Source: a virus
Virus record (IMG/VR): IMGVR_UViG_3300027906_000002
Coordinates: 96,001 to 160,000 of that record
Strand: one strand, 5' to 3'
DNA: 64,000 nucleotides
Every line of letters begins with the position of its first letter. The first letter of the stretch is position 1. The notes under the pieces were generated by a model. It saw nothing but the letters and a program-made list of their open reading frames with translations. It did not search any database and had not been told where the DNA came from. Of the stretch, positions 21,295 through 31,958 are shown piece by piece. The position numbers were made by a program, and so were the translations under genes.

Positions 21295-21320
21295 AAAGGG
21301 GGATTAAGTTCCCCCTTTTT
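21295..21320 (+). terminator. Rho-independent terminator
   Basis: AAAGGGGGA-TTAAGT-TCCCCCTTT followed by TT. Confidence 0.8.
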
Positions 21321-21325
21321 AATGA

Positions 21326-21333
21326 CATAAATA
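21326..21333 (+). promoter_or_regulatory. T4-type late promoter (CATAAATA)
   Basis: Directly after the terminator and upstream of the tail fibre ATG at 21370. Confidence 0.75.
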
Positions 21334-21369
21334 ACTTGGAAGCATGTTTTATAGAGTTGTTCCAATAAA

Positions 21370-24300
21370 ATGGCAAATAGAATACAGTTAAGACGAGGTG
21401 GTGCTCAGGAATGGGCAAACTCAAACCCTACATTGGCACAAGGTGAATTAGGGATAGAATTAGACACTGGTCGATTTAAAATTGGAGATGGCGTTACAGC
21501 GTGGAACTCTTTGAGGTACGAGAGACCCGTTGAATCAACATCTAATACCGCAAATACTTTAGTACAAAGAGACGCAGACGGTAATTTCGCTGCAGGTACT
21601 ATAACATCAACTCTAATTGGTAATGCTTCAACTTCAACAAGACTTGCTTCAACTCGTCAGATTCAACTCTCCGACGACATTCAAGCTTCTGGTGTATTTG
21701 ATGGTTCTACAAACTTAAACTTATCAACATCTTTAGAGCTGATTTCAACCTTACCACATTATGATGGTACTGGTACTGCAGAAGGAACGTATACTAAAGT
21801 TACTGTAGATGCTAAAGGAAGAATTAAAACAGCAACCAATCCAACTACTCTTGCCGCATATGGTTTAGATACAAGTATAGAAGGGTCTGGTGCTCAACCA
21901 TATGATAATGATCTTAATGCGATAGCAAGTCTTACTACAACTGGATTTATTTCTAGAACTAGTTCTGGTGCTACGAGTACTAGAACAATTACTGGTACTG
22001 CTACAAGGATAGCTATTACTGAAGGTGCTGGTATTAATGATAACCCATCAATTGATCTTATCACGACTGCTGTTACTGCTGCTGAATATAATGCAGCATC
22101 ACTAACATCAATTGCAGGTTCAGAAACTGTTAACACTAATAACTATATTGTTGATTCTTATGGTAGATTAACATCATCTGTAACTCTACCAATTGCAACG
22201 GCAACTCAGGGAACTACTGCAGCTGCATATAATAATGGATCAACATATTCTAGAAATGATCAGATAACAAATGCATCTAATCTCTATCAAGCTATTGCAG
22301 ATGTAACTGCTGGAGCTGGAGCACCTACACATACAGATGCTACTGATGCTGGATCATGGAGATGGTTAGGTGCTAGTGCATCACCTCAGAAAGGACTTGC
22401 TTCATTTGACCAAGAAGATTTTGATGTATCTGCAGCAGGTCATGTTACATTCGCTGCTGGTGCTATTGATAATGATCAATTACAAAATAGTAGAATTTCC
22501 TTTGCTGACGGTAACTCTAAAGAGGACTTCGACCTAGATCAAGAACTAACTGCTACTACAGGATACCGTGGATTCAACTATCTCAACTATCTCAAGGTTA
22601 ATGATACAAGTGGTAATCTACTGTTTGGGGCAAATAATACGGGTGATGGTGGTGCTGGAGAAGTTGATATTAACGCAAGACTTTATTTTAGTGATGCAGA
22701 CATTACCCTCGATGGGGCGGTTGCACAAACTTTAGACAAGACTGGAGATGGTAATCTAACATTCCAGACTACACAGAACTCAACATCTGCTAGATCTTTA
22801 AGTATACTTGCAACTAACTCTGGTTCTGGTACAAGTACAGTAACTATTTCTGCAGAAGATGTAGTTGATATAGATGCATCAGATGCTGCTGGTAAAGTTC
22901 ATGTAGAGAACTTAAGGTTCCAAGGTAACTACATGGGTGGTACTGGTGATATTTTAATTGACCCTAATGATGATAGGGATATCACTGGATTGGTAACTAT
23001 ACGAGGTAATTTACAAGTAGATGGAACAACGACAACCGTTAATTCAACAGTTACAACGTTGGATGATCCTATTATTACTCTTGGTGGCGATAGTGCTCCA
23101 GGTAGTGATGACAATAAGGATCGTGGAGTTGAGTTCCGTTACTATGACAGCTCAGCAAAAGTTGGATTCTTTGGCTACGATGATTCGTATTCAGATCTTG
23201 CAGGACATTCAGGGGGATTTAGATTCCTCTACGATGCCACAAATACCTCAGAAGTATTTGCTGGAACAGATGCAGGGGTCATCGGTGGAAACTTAAAACT
23301 TACAACTGGTACAGCATCTACTACTAATACTACTGGTGACTTAGTGGTCGCAGGTGGTGCTGGAATCGGTGGTAGTGTCAATATTGGTGGTTCAGTAGAT
23401 ATTGATACTAATCTCACTGTTCATGGTACAACTCTCCATGATGACAATATTGTTATCCAAGGTGCTTCTAAGGTTCTACAACTTAATAATGGTAGTGGAA
23501 CTACTAGAGTAGAACTACAATCAACAACTGGTAATGCATCATTCTATGGTGTTGTTGATATAACTAACAACCTTAATATTAATGCAACCAAGTTTAATGT
23601 TGTAGCAGCATCTGGTAATACTGCTATTGCTGGTACTCTAACAGTATCTGATGAAACTATAGTTAAAGCAGACAATAAGACCTTCAAAGTTCAGACTGCT
23701 GCTGGAGTAGATAAGTTTGTTGTTGATACCGATAATGGTGATACTAATACTGAAGGTAAATTAAATGTTGCTGACCTAGTTCATTTTGAATCAACAGACA
23801 ATCCTAATATTGTATCTGGTGCTCCACATACAATTGGGTCTGCTGACTACGGTGCATTAAGAGTAGATGGTGGTGGATACTTTGATAAGGACGTTCTGTT
23901 TAATGGTGACTTATATCTAAACGGTGACTTTAACCAGCAAGAAGACGCAACTGAGAACTATGGTTTAAGGAACTACCTATCTGTAAGATACAAACTCCGT
24001 ACTGGTTCTGTTGCTGCATACACACCAAGTTATTCAAACCACAACACTTCTAACTTAAGAGTCTTTGGTGGTGCTGGTGTTAACACTTCATTACATGTTG
24101 GTGGTACTGGTTCTGGAGAAGGTTTCTTTGTAGGTAAGAAGAACTCTGGAGATTCAGTTAAGTTCCAAGTTCTAGGTGCTTCAGGAGATATCACATCTGA
24201 AGGTGATCTAGTACAAAATGGTAATTCGGAATTTAATGGTACTGTTGATGTTGATGCAGACTTTGCTGTTCGTTCTGGTACAACAGATAAATTCTTTGTT

Positions 24301-27300
24301 GATAATGCTACTGGTGATACGAATATAGAAGGTACATTAACTGCTGATGGACATGTAGAATTTAATACAACACTTAATGTTGATGGTGCTACTACATTAC
24401 AAGATAACGTAACTATCAATGCTGACAATAAGGCGTTTAAGATACAGAACAATAGTAATGTAGATAAGTTTGTTGTTGATACAGATAATGGTAATACAGA
24501 AACACAAGGTACATTAACTGTACAAGGTCAAACAAATATTATTGATTCACTTGTAATTAATGCTGCTAACGAAAGTTTTGATGTTCAAAATGGATCTGCT
24601 GTATCTAAGTTCTCAATTGATACTGATAATGGTAACACAAATATCATTGGTACATTAACCGTTGGTGATGCTACACAGATTAATGATACATTCCAAACAT
24701 CTGGTGTTAATACATTTACTGCTAACACGCAACAAACATTAACAGGATCATACGCTGCTGATGGTGCTATTAGATTAACTGGTGGTGCTGCTATTGGTAA
24801 GAATCTTGCGATTGGTGAAGGTTTAAGAGTATATGGTAATACAGAACTTAGTAGTGCATTAGATCTTAATGCTAGTGCTGATGTTTCAGGTAATTTTGTA
24901 ATTAGTAATACTGATGAAGCAACATCTCTTGCAGATAATTCAGTTGCTCTTCAAGTTTCTGGTGGTGCAACGATTGATAAGAACACCTATATTGGTGGAA
25001 ACTTTGTAGTTTATGATGGGACTAATACACGTTCAGCATTCACTGTAACTAATAGTTCAGGTGATGGTGAATTCCATAATGACCTTACAGTTGGAGGTAA
25101 CTTAATAGTTAATGGATCAACAACTACTGTCAATAGTACGGTCACAACTCTCGATGACCCTATTATTACTCTGGGTGGTGACACAGCACCATCGTCTAAC
25201 GATGCTAAGGATAGGGGTGTTGAGTTCCGTTACTACGACGGCTCTGCTAAAATTGGGTTCTTCGGATACGACAGATCAGCAAACCAATTCGCATTCCTAA
25301 CAACTGTTACTAATACTGCTGAAGTAATGGCAGGAACAGATGGTGCTCTAAGAATTGGATCACTTAATGTAACTGGTGCTGGTACATCAGTTGATATTGA
25401 CAACAACTTAAATGTTGATGGCACTGCAACAGTAGATGGTCAGATTATATCTAATCTTACTACTGGTACTGCTCCATTCTCTATTGCTTCTACTACTAAG
25501 GTTAACAACTTAAACGTTGATTACCTTGATAACATGACAACTGCAAGTGCTAATACAGCATCTACTGTTGTTAATCGTGATGGATCTGGAGACTTTGCTG
25601 CTAATCAAATCACTGCTGCGAGTGCTGCAGGTGCAGGTGCAGGTTTCTTAGGTAATGCATCTTCTGCTGATATATGGAAGACTGCTAGAGTATTAACAAT
25701 TGATGGTGTTGTAAATGGTAATGTATCCATTGATGGTAGTGCTGCTGTTACTCTTACAACTACTTACGATGATGCTGATATAACTGCACTTGCTGCACAG
25801 TCTGGTACTGGGTACATGGTCAGGACTGCTGCAAACACTTATGCTCATAGAACATTTGGTGTAACAGCATCTTCTGGTATTACACTTACCAATGCTGATG
25901 GTATATCAGGTAACACAACAATTAACGTTGCTTCTGCATCATCCAACGCTGCAAATAACTTAGTCATACGTGACGCATCTGGTGACTTTGCTGCTAATGA
26001 GATTACTTCAGATTTAGTTGGTAACCTTACAGGTGCTACTTCTACTACTAAGGATCTTAATCCTGCTGCTGATAGCACATACGATCTTGGAACTAATACA
26101 GTTAGATGGCAAGGAATCTTTGCAGATGCTGCAAACATAACTGCTATTACTGGTGCGTTAACTGGTAACGTAACTGGTCAAGTTTCAGATATTTCTAATC
26201 ATAATACTGGTGCTTTAACAGAAGGATCTAATCTTTACTACACTAATGAGCGTGTAGATGATAGAGTCAATGCTCTTATAGTTGCTGGTACAGGTATAAC
26301 TAAGGTTTATGATGATGCTGCTGGAACGTATACTCTTACAGTTACACAGGCAGATGTTAATACCGATAATGTAACAGAAGGTTCTACTAACCTCTTTACT
26401 ACTGCTGCAAGAACCAGAACACACTTCACATATGGTACTGGTATCACACATGATGGTTCAGGTGCTCTTTCTGTAACACAGGCAGACATTAACACAGATA
26501 ATGTAACTGAAGGTTCAACCAATCTCTTTACAACTGCTGCTAGAACTAGAACTCACTTCACATATGGTACAGGTATTAAACTTGCTACTGCTGACATAGC
26601 AATAGACTTTACTGAGTTTAATACTGATAGCATAACTGAAGGATCATCTAATCTTTATTACACTGATGCTAGGGCAGACGCACGTATTGCTGCTGCTGAT
26701 ACTGGAGATCTTACTGAGGGTAGTAACCTTTACTACACAGACGCTAGAGCAGATGCACGTATTGCTGCTGCTGATACTGATGATTTATCTGAAGGTTCAA
26801 CAAATCTTTATTATACAGACGCAAGAGCAAATGTAAGAGTTGCAGCTGCTACTGGAGCAAACTTAGATCTATCAAGTAAATCTACAACTAACCTTTCTGA
26901 AGGAACTAATCAATATTATACAGAAGCAAGAGTACAAGCAAAACTTGATAATGCATTTGAGCAATTGAGTGCAATGCTTAATAACCTTGCAACTTCAACT
27001 ACATTGGTACTAAATCTATCTGGAGATCCTACTCCTGGATCTGTTGTAACACTTGGATCAATTGTTACTAATGGTGTTGGTGGATTTACTAATGCAACTG
27101 GAGTTGCTACGAGTGGAGGTACTGGTTCTGGGTTAACTGTTGATACTACTACAGTAGGTGGAGTGGTTAGTGCAATCGCTCTGAATGCTGCTGGTTCTGG
27201 ATATGAAGTTGGTGATACTTTAACACTTACTAACCCCAACCTTGGTGGTGTTTCTACACTTAACCTTGGTACTTTGGTAGGTGGTACTGGATACGTCACA

Positions 27301-28182
27301 GCAACTGGAGTTGCTACATCATCCTCTGGATCAGGAACAGGTGCTACTGTTAACATTACTGCTACAAACGGTGTTCTTACCAACGTCTCAGTTAATGCTG
27401 CTGGATCTGGATATGCAAACGGTGAGACATTAACTATTGCTAACGCTAATTCATCTGGTGTCAAGACTCTTGGATCAATTGCTACTGCTGGTACTGGATA
27501 CTCTGCAGGAACTGTTGCTACAGGAGCAAGTGGATCTGGTGCTGGACTAACAGTTTCTATTAGTGTTGATGGTTCGGGTGCTGTAACTGGTGCGACTATC
27601 GTTAACGATGGTTTGAACTATGCTGCTTCTGAAGTTATTACACTAACAAATGCTAATGCATCTGGTGTTAAAACTCTTGGAACTATCTCTGCTGCTGGTA
27701 CTGGATATACTGAAGGAACTACAACTGGAGTTGCTACATCATCCTCTGGATCAGGAACAGGATTGACAGTTGATGTAACTGCTAATGCTAGTGGAAATGT
27801 TACTGCTGTTGCTATCAATGTTGATGGATTGAATTATGCAGCATCCGAAGTTATAACTATTACAGGTGGTGGTGGGGATGCTACTATCCCAGTTTCTGCT
27901 ATACATGGTAATGGAGCAACAATCCCTGTTTCTGCTATACATGGCACAGGAGCTTCACTTAATACTTCAACTACCTTTACCAATGCTACATTCGCTCTAT
28001 CTGACATCACAACGATGGAAGTTGGTGCAACTGTAACTGGTGGTACTTCAGGTTCAACAGGAGTTATCACTGCTCTAGGTGCTACTTCAGTTACCGTTGA
28101 TAATGTTGATGGATTCTTCAAGAAAGGAGAAACCGTTGGTGCTAATGATGTTACTAACTTGACTATCCAATCATTCGCTTAA
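21370..28182 (+). CDS. Long tail fibre / receptor-binding protein
   Basis: N-terminal MANRIQLRRG..QEWA..NPTLA.GELG.E.DT..FKIGDG (Mtd_N-like fibre anchor), followed by several repeat families; very rich in G/T/A/S. Confidence 0.85.
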   Translation: MANRIQLRRGGAQEWANSNPTLAQGELGIELDTGRFKIGDGVTAWNSLRYERPVESTSNTANTLVQRDADGNFAAGTITSTLIGNASTSTRLASTRQIQLSDDIQASGVFDGSTNLNLSTSLELISTLPHYDGTGTAEGTYTKVTVDAKGRIKTATNPTTLAAYGLDTSIEGSGAQPYDNDLNAIASLTTTGFISRTSSGATSTRTITGTATRIAITEGAGINDNPSIDLITTAVTAAEYNAASLTSIAGSETVNTNNYIVDSYGRLTSSVTLPIATATQGTTAAAYNNGSTYSRNDQITNASNLYQAIADVTAGAGAPTHTDATDAGSWRWLGASASPQKGLASFDQEDFDVSAAGHVTFAAGAIDNDQLQNSRISFADGNSKEDFDLDQELTATTGYRGFNYLNYLKVNDTSGNLLFGANNTGDGGAGEVDINARLYFSDADITLDGAVAQTLDKTGDGNLTFQTTQNSTSARSLSILATNSGSGTSTVTISAEDVVDIDASDAAGKVHVENLRFQGNYMGGTGDILIDPNDDRDITGLVTIRGNLQVDGTTTTVNSTVTTLDDPIITLGGDSAPGSDDNKDRGVEFRYYDSSAKVGFFGYDDSYSDLAGHSGGFRFLYDATNTSEVFAGTDAGVIGGNLKLTTGTASTTNTTGDLVVAGGAGIGGSVNIGGSVDIDTNLTVHGTTLHDDNIVIQGASKVLQLNNGSGTTRVELQSTTGNASFYGVVDITNNLNINATKFNVVAASGNTAIAGTLTVSDETIVKADNKTFKVQTAAGVDKFVVDTDNGDTNTEGKLNVADLVHFESTDNPNIVSGAPHTIGSADYGALRVDGGGYFDKDVLFNGDLYLNGDFNQQEDATENYGLRNYLSVRYKLRTGSVAAYTPSYSNHNTSNLRVFGGAGVNTSLHVGGTGSGEGFFVGKKNSGDSVKFQVLGASGDITSEGDLVQNGNSEFNGTVDVDADFAVRSGTTDKFFVDNATGDTNIEGTLTADGHVEFNTTLNVDGATTLQDNVTINADNKAFKIQNNSNVDKFVVDTDNGNTETQGTLTVQGQTNIIDSLVINAANESFDVQNGSAVSKFSIDTDNGNTNIIGTLTVGDATQINDTFQTSGVNTFTANTQQTLTGSYAADGAIRLTGGAAIGKNLAIGEGLRVYGNTELSSALDLNASADVSGNFVISNTDEATSLADNSVALQVSGGATIDKNTYIGGNFVVYDGTNTRSAFTVTNSSGDGEFHNDLTVGGNLIVNGSTTTVNSTVTTLDDPIITLGGDTAPSSNDAKDRGVEFRYYDGSAKIGFFGYDRSANQFAFLTTVTNTAEVMAGTDGALRIGSLNVTGAGTSVDIDNNLNVDGTATVDGQIISNLTTGTAPFSIASTTKVNNLNVDYLDNMTTASANTASTVVNRDGSGDFAANQITAASAAGAGAGFLGNASSADIWKTARVLTIDGVVNGNVSIDGSAAVTLTTTYDDADITALAAQSGTGYMVRTAANTYAHRTFGVTASSGITLTNADGISGNTTINVASASSNAANNLVIRDASGDFAANEITSDLVGNLTGATSTTKDLNPAADSTYDLGTNTVRWQGIFADAANITAITGALTGNVTGQVSDISNHNTGALTEGSNLYYTNERVDDRVNALIVAGTGITKVYDDAAGTYTLTVTQADVNTDNVTEGSTNLFTTAARTRTHFTYGTGITHDGSGALSVTQADINTDNVTEGSTNLFTTAARTRTHFTYGTGIKLATADIAIDFTEFNTDSITEGSSNLYYTDARADARIAAADTGDLTEGSNLYYTDARADARIAAADTDDLSEGSTNLYYTDARANVRVAAATGANLDLSSKSTTNLSEGTNQYYTEARVQAKLDNAFEQLSAMLNNLATSTTLVLNLSGDPTPGSVVTLGSIVTNGVGGFTNATGVATSGGTGSGLTVDTTTVGGVVSAIALNAAGSGYEVGDTLTLTNPNLGGVSTLNLGTLVGGTGYVTATGVATSSSGSGTGATVNITATNGVLTNVSVNAAGSGYANGETLTIANANSSGVKTLGSIATAGTGYSAGTVATGASGSGAGLTVSISVDGSGAVTGATIVNDGLNYAASEVITLTNANASGVKTLGTISAAGTGYTEGTTTGVATSSSGSGTGLTVDVTANASGNVTAVAINVDGLNYAASEVITITGGGGDATIPVSAIHGNGATIPVSAIHGTGASLNTSTTFTNATFALSDITTMEVGATVTGGTSGSTGVITALGATSVTVDNVDGFFKKGETVGANDVTNLTIQSFA
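22990..25440 (+). repeat. Duplicated fibre domain (TTTVNSTVTTLDDPIITLGGD.AP.S.D.KDRGVEFRYYD.SAK.GFFGYD) at ~22990-23420 and ~25090-25440, enclosing ~5 KF.VD..NG.T shaft repeats
   Basis: Near-identical ~55-aa stretch seen twice in the translation; shared 17-mer GTTGAGTTCCGTTACTA. Confidence 0.8.
26200..26940 (+). repeat. Seven copies of the (L/V/I)(T/S)EG(S)xNL(Y/F)(Y/T)TxAR fibre repeat
   Basis: Visible in the translation: LTEGSNLYYTNER, VTEGSTNLFTTAAR x2, ITEGSSNLYYTDAR, LTEGSNLYYTDAR, LSEGSTNLYYTDAR, LSEGTNQYYTEAR. Confidence 0.85.
27040..27960 (+). repeat. Four ~70-aa C-terminal fibre modules with a recent exact nucleotide duplication
   Basis: V(K/S)TL...GTGY...VAT..SG.G.TV...G.V....I...G.(G/N)Y...E.ITL repeats. 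CAACTGGAGTTGCTACATCATCCTCTGGATCAGGAACAGG is identical at ~27302 and ~27722; GTTTCTGCTATACATGG occurs at 27892 and 27928. Confidence 0.8.
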
Positions 28183-28187
28183 GATAA

Positions 28188-28994
28188 ATGTCAGCTACAA
28201 GACCAGCAACTAAAACTGAGATAAAAGATTATGCTCTTCGTAGGTTAGGATATCCTACGATAGACATCAACGTTGCTACTGAGCAACTAGATGATCTTAT
28301 TGAAGAAGCAATCGATTACTATCAGGAATATCATTATAATGGAAGTTATAAAACTTTCATGAGAGTTGAAGTTACACAGGCTATGTTGGATCAGGCAGAG
28401 GGATTTACTCAGGAAGGTTCAACTTCGTGGTATGGTGCAGACAATTATATTGATACACCTCCAGGAATGTTAGGTATCAATCATGTGTATACCAATATTG
28501 GTATGTCGAAAATGTCTGGTGGTAATATATTCAATATTAAATATCAACTCTTCTTGAATGATATGTACAATATGACGCATGGTCGTATTTTACATTACTT
28601 TATGACTTCTCAATATCTTGAGACTTTAGATTGGGTGACCAACTCTCAAGCAAATCGTAGAATTAAATGGAACGAGCAACAAGGTCGACTTTATATGGAC
28701 TTTGATTGGAAAGATATATCACCAGGTGATTATATTATGGTTGATTGTAACATGCGTCAAGACCCAGAAACTTATACTTCTATGTACAATGATAACTGGT
28801 TGAAGGATTATGTGGAAGCACTTTTCCAACAACAGTGGGGTCGTAACTTAAGTAAGTATGATGGCATTCAAATGCTAGGTGGTGTTACACTTAATGGTCG
28901 TCAGATTCTTGAGGATGCATCAACCTTTAAAGTGGATCTTGAAAAAGAACTGCGTGATCGTTATGAGTTACCACCATTAGATCTAGTAGGTTAA
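28188..28994 (+). CDS. gp13: Neck protein gp13
   Basis: LRRLGYPTIDINV..EQLDDLIEEAIDYYQEYH; QQWGRNLSKYDGIQMLGGVTLNG. Confidence 0.92.
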   Translation: MSATRPATKTEIKDYALRRLGYPTIDINVATEQLDDLIEEAIDYYQEYHYNGSYKTFMRVEVTQAMLDQAEGFTQEGSTSWYGADNYIDTPPGMLGINHVYTNIGMSKMSGGNIFNIKYQLFLNDMYNMTHGRILHYFMTSQYLETLDWVTNSQANRRIKWNEQQGRLYMDFDWKDISPGDYIMVDCNMRQDPETYTSMYNDNWLKDYVEALFQQQWGRNLSKYDGIQMLGGVTLNGRQILEDASTFKVDLEKELRDRYELPPLDLVG

Positions 28995-28997
28995 TGT

Positions 28998-29924
28998 ATG
29001 GCATATTCAAATACACCAGCACAGGATTACGTTCAGTCAGACTATACTAATTCTGCAAGATTGAACATTAATGGTTCTGCTCAAGAGCAGAAGTTCATGG
29101 AAAACTTAGTTGTAGAGAGCATTGAAATTTACGGGCAAGATATTTACTACGTGCCGAGAACTATTGTCAACCGTGATACAGTCTTCGGAGAGGACTCTGA
29201 TGGCAAATTTGAAAGTGCCAAAGCTATTCGTGCCTATGTCAATAATGTTGAAGGATGGGAAGGCCAAGGCGAGCTTCTTACGAAGTTTGGAATCCGCATC
29301 GAGGATAAGACAACGTTTATATTCTCCCGTGAAAAGTTTAAAGAAAAGGTTGATGACTCGACTGTACTCAATGTCGAAGGAAGACCCAACGAAGGGGATT
29401 TAATTTGGTTCCCACTAACAAAACATTTATTTGAAATTAAGTTTGTAGAAGTCGAACGTCCTTTCTATCAGTTAGGTAAAGGGTATGTTTGGGAATGTCA
29501 GTGCGAACTCTTCGAGTATAGTGACGAAGAGATTGATACTGGTCTCGCTGCTCTTGATGCTATAGAGACTAACTTTGCTAATGCTATTACAGTTGGTCTT
29601 GTTGCTGGTGGGTCAGGAGACTTTACTGTTGGTGAGACTGTAACTGGTGGAACATCTAATGTTACTGCTGAAGTTAAGTCTTGGGATTCTGGTACAAGGA
29701 CACTTATTGTTATTAATCGCTCTGGTACGTTTACTATACCAGAGACAATTACAGGAGGTACATCCAGTGCATCTTGGACAACGGCTACATATAATACAGT
29801 AGATAATAAGAATATTACCTACGATCAAAACTACGAGTTTGAAACAGCTGACAACGATATTATCGACTTTAGCGAATCTAATCCATTTGGTACAGTTGCA
29901 TCATCCACTGACTTGACAATCTAA
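28998..29924 (+). CDS. gp14: Neck protein gp14
   Basis: ESIEIYGQDIYYVPR, FGEDSDGKF, RPNEGDLIWFPL, NPFG terminus. Confidence 0.92.
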   Translation: MAYSNTPAQDYVQSDYTNSARLNINGSAQEQKFMENLVVESIEIYGQDIYYVPRTIVNRDTVFGEDSDGKFESAKAIRAYVNNVEGWEGQGELLTKFGIRIEDKTTFIFSREKFKEKVDDSTVLNVEGRPNEGDLIWFPLTKHLFEIKFVEVERPFYQLGKGYVWECQCELFEYSDEEIDTGLAALDAIETNFANAITVGLVAGGSGDFTVGETVTGGTSNVTAEVKSWDSGTRTLIVINRSGTFTIPETITGGTSSASWTTATYNTVDNKNITYDQNYEFETADNDIIDFSESNPFGTVASSTDLTI

Positions 29925-30955
29925 TGCTAGGAACCTATTCATATCACGAGATATTTAGAAAGACTATTGTAGCTTTCGGAACAATGTTTAACAACATTGA
30001 AATACGTCGCCAAGATGAGGTGATGAAAGTTCCATTGGCATATGGTCCTAAGCAGAAATTTTTAGCTCGTTTGGATCAGAACCCAGATCCTACAAACAAA
30101 AGGGTTCAAATTACTTTACCTAGATTATCATTTGAAATATCAGGTGTGTCTTATGATCCAGGTAGAAAGGTTTCACCTACACAAAAGATTAAATTTAAAA
30201 AGGATGTAAATGAAAACAAGAATGCTTTCATGCCCGTTCCATATAATATTAATTTTGAGTTAGCAATTATATCTAAAAATCAAGATGACGGATTACAAAT
30301 CATTGAGCAAATTCTTCCGTACTTTCAACCTCATTATAATCTCTCAGTTAAACTCGCAACGACAATCGGGGAGACCAAGGATGTCCCAGTAGTTTTACAG
30401 GATATATCTTATGAGGATGACTATGAGGGAGACTTTGCAAATCGTAGAGCAATAATATATACACTTCAGTTTACTGCGAAAACTTATCTATACGGTCCTA
30501 TTACGGATGCGAAGACTATCAAGAAGTCTATTACAGATTACTATACCAGTACAGATACAACCAAAGCACCAAGAGAGAAACGTTACACCGTTACTCCTAC
30601 TGCGTTAACAGATCAGGATGGAGTGGGACTTACTACTCTTACTGCTGCAATGGATATAAATGATGGTATAATATCTGTAGCTAGTGTATCATCTCTAGAA
30701 CAAGGAGTTGATATTCAGATTGGTACTGAGGTTATGCATATCAACAGAGTTGTTGGTAGCACCCTTCATGTCAGTCGAGGATGGAATAACACAACCATTG
30801 CAGGGCATCAGAACGGTGCAGCTATTCTCAAGATAGATGAGGATGATGCAGCACTACTTGATTCTGATGATGACTTTGGGTTTGGTGAGTTATTCTCAGA
30901 CTATACTGATAATAAGAAACGCAATCCTGTTAGCGGTCAAGACGAAACAATTTAA
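29924..30955 (+). CDS. gp15: Tail sheath stabiliser/completion protein gp15
   Basis: YHEIFRKTIVAFGTMFNNI, VPLAYGPKQKFLARL, LPRLSFE, QIIEQILPYFQP. Confidence 0.92.
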   Translation: MLGTYSYHEIFRKTIVAFGTMFNNIEIRRQDEVMKVPLAYGPKQKFLARLDQNPDPTNKRVQITLPRLSFEISGVSYDPGRKVSPTQKIKFKKDVNENKNAFMPVPYNINFELAIISKNQDDGLQIIEQILPYFQPHYNLSVKLATTIGETKDVPVVLQDISYEDDYEGDFANRRAIIYTLQFTAKTYLYGPITDAKTIKKSITDYYTSTDTTKAPREKRYTVTPTALTDQDGVGLTTLTAAMDINDGIISVASVSSLEQGVDIQIGTEVMHINRVVGSTLHVSRGWNNTTIAGHQNGAAILKIDEDDAALLDSDDDFGFGELFSDYTDNKKRNPVSGQDETI

Positions 30956-30957
30956 TT

Positions 30958-31539
30958 ATGGCAAAAATTGAAACTCTTTATCCCACAGCCATGTATGTGG
31001 AAGATAGGATAGAGAACTTTGATGATGTTCAAAAAGAAATGGAAGAATGTCTAAAGGATGTTGAATATTCATTTCATGAAAGTTGGGGAACTCACTGGCT
31101 TTCTAATTTAGAATTTACTGAGAATAAACTATTACAATCTATGCCTTTATTTGCTGCAGAGTTATCTAAGCATATAGAGGCATATTGTAATACAATGAAG
31201 TTTTTTGATAAGACTTATGTTGAAATAATATCTTCATGGTTCTCTAAATTTGAAAAAGGTAACCATGCTCACATACACAATCATAAGGGTTCTGATATAA
31301 GTGGTGTGTATTATTTTAAAACTACTGGTGATGATGGTCATATATTCTTTACTACACCCAATCAGTATACTGAGATGAGTGATGTGTGGTCATCTGATAG
31401 GTTTAGTCATTCATCTGATGAAGGTAAATTACTTATATTTCCTTCATATTTAAAACATGGGGTTACTACTAACCTAACTAGTAGTACAAGAATAAGTTTT
31501 TCTTTTAATCTCAAAGTACATGAGTGGGTAAATGAATAA
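30958..31539 (+). CDS. Putative 2OG-Fe(II) oxygenase (TIGR02466-like)
   Basis: SWF...EKGNHAHIHNH...ISGVYY; LLIFPSYLKHGV...RISFSFN. Confidence 0.8.
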   Translation: MAKIETLYPTAMYVEDRIENFDDVQKEMEECLKDVEYSFHESWGTHWLSNLEFTENKLLQSMPLFAAELSKHIEAYCNTMKFFDKTYVEIISSWFSKFEKGNHAHIHNHKGSDISGVYYFKTTGDDGHIFFTTPNQYTEMSDVWSSDRFSHSSDEGKLLIFPSYLKHGVTTNLTSSTRISFSFNLKVHEWVNE

Positions 31540-31951
31540 AGATTTCTCTGGATTAGACCAGGTATTTGGGGATGAACCAACCGATCTAGAACAACATGTA
31601 GAAAAAACAAAAGTTCTAAGAAAGAGTCAAACACCTGATGTGCAACAGGATTATGAAATTTCTCGTGCTCAGTTGCACAATCTAGTAATGAAAGGACAGG
31701 AGGCAGTAGATGGTATACTTGATGTGGCACGAGCAAGTGATCATCCTCGTGCTTATGAAGTTGCTGCAACGACAATCAAAGCAGTGGGAGATGTAGCAGA
31801 TAAGTTGATAGACCTTCAAGGTAAGATGAAAGAGTTGGATAAGGAAGATAAGAAAGGTCCAACTAATGTAACCAATGCAATGTTTGTTGGGAGTACATCC
31901 GACTTACAGAAGATGTTAAAAAACATAAATAAGACAGAAGAAACAACATAG
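31532..31951 (+). CDS. gp16: Terminase small subunit gp16
   Basis: DYEISRAQLHNLVMKGQEA, SDHPRAYEVA, NAMFVGSTSDLQKML. Confidence 0.92.
   Translation: MNKDFSGLDQVFGDEPTDLEQHVEKTKVLRKSQTPDVQQDYEISRAQLHNLVMKGQEAVDGILDVARASDHPRAYEVAATTIKAVGDVADKLIDLQGKMKELDKEDKKGPTNVTNAMFVGSTSDLQKMLKNINKTEETT
31924..31931 (+). promoter_or_regulatory. T4-type late promoter (CATAAATA) inside the 3' end of gp16
   Basis: Box match 28 nt upstream of the ATG at 31959. Confidence 0.6.
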
Positions 31952-31958
31952 ACACGAC

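Noticed and set aside
21370-28182. Diversity-generating retroelement or CRISPR-like array suggested by the fibre repeats
   Set aside because: Repeats are in-frame coding units; there is no reverse transcriptase, no adenine-specific template/variable pair and no repeat-spacer pattern in the window.
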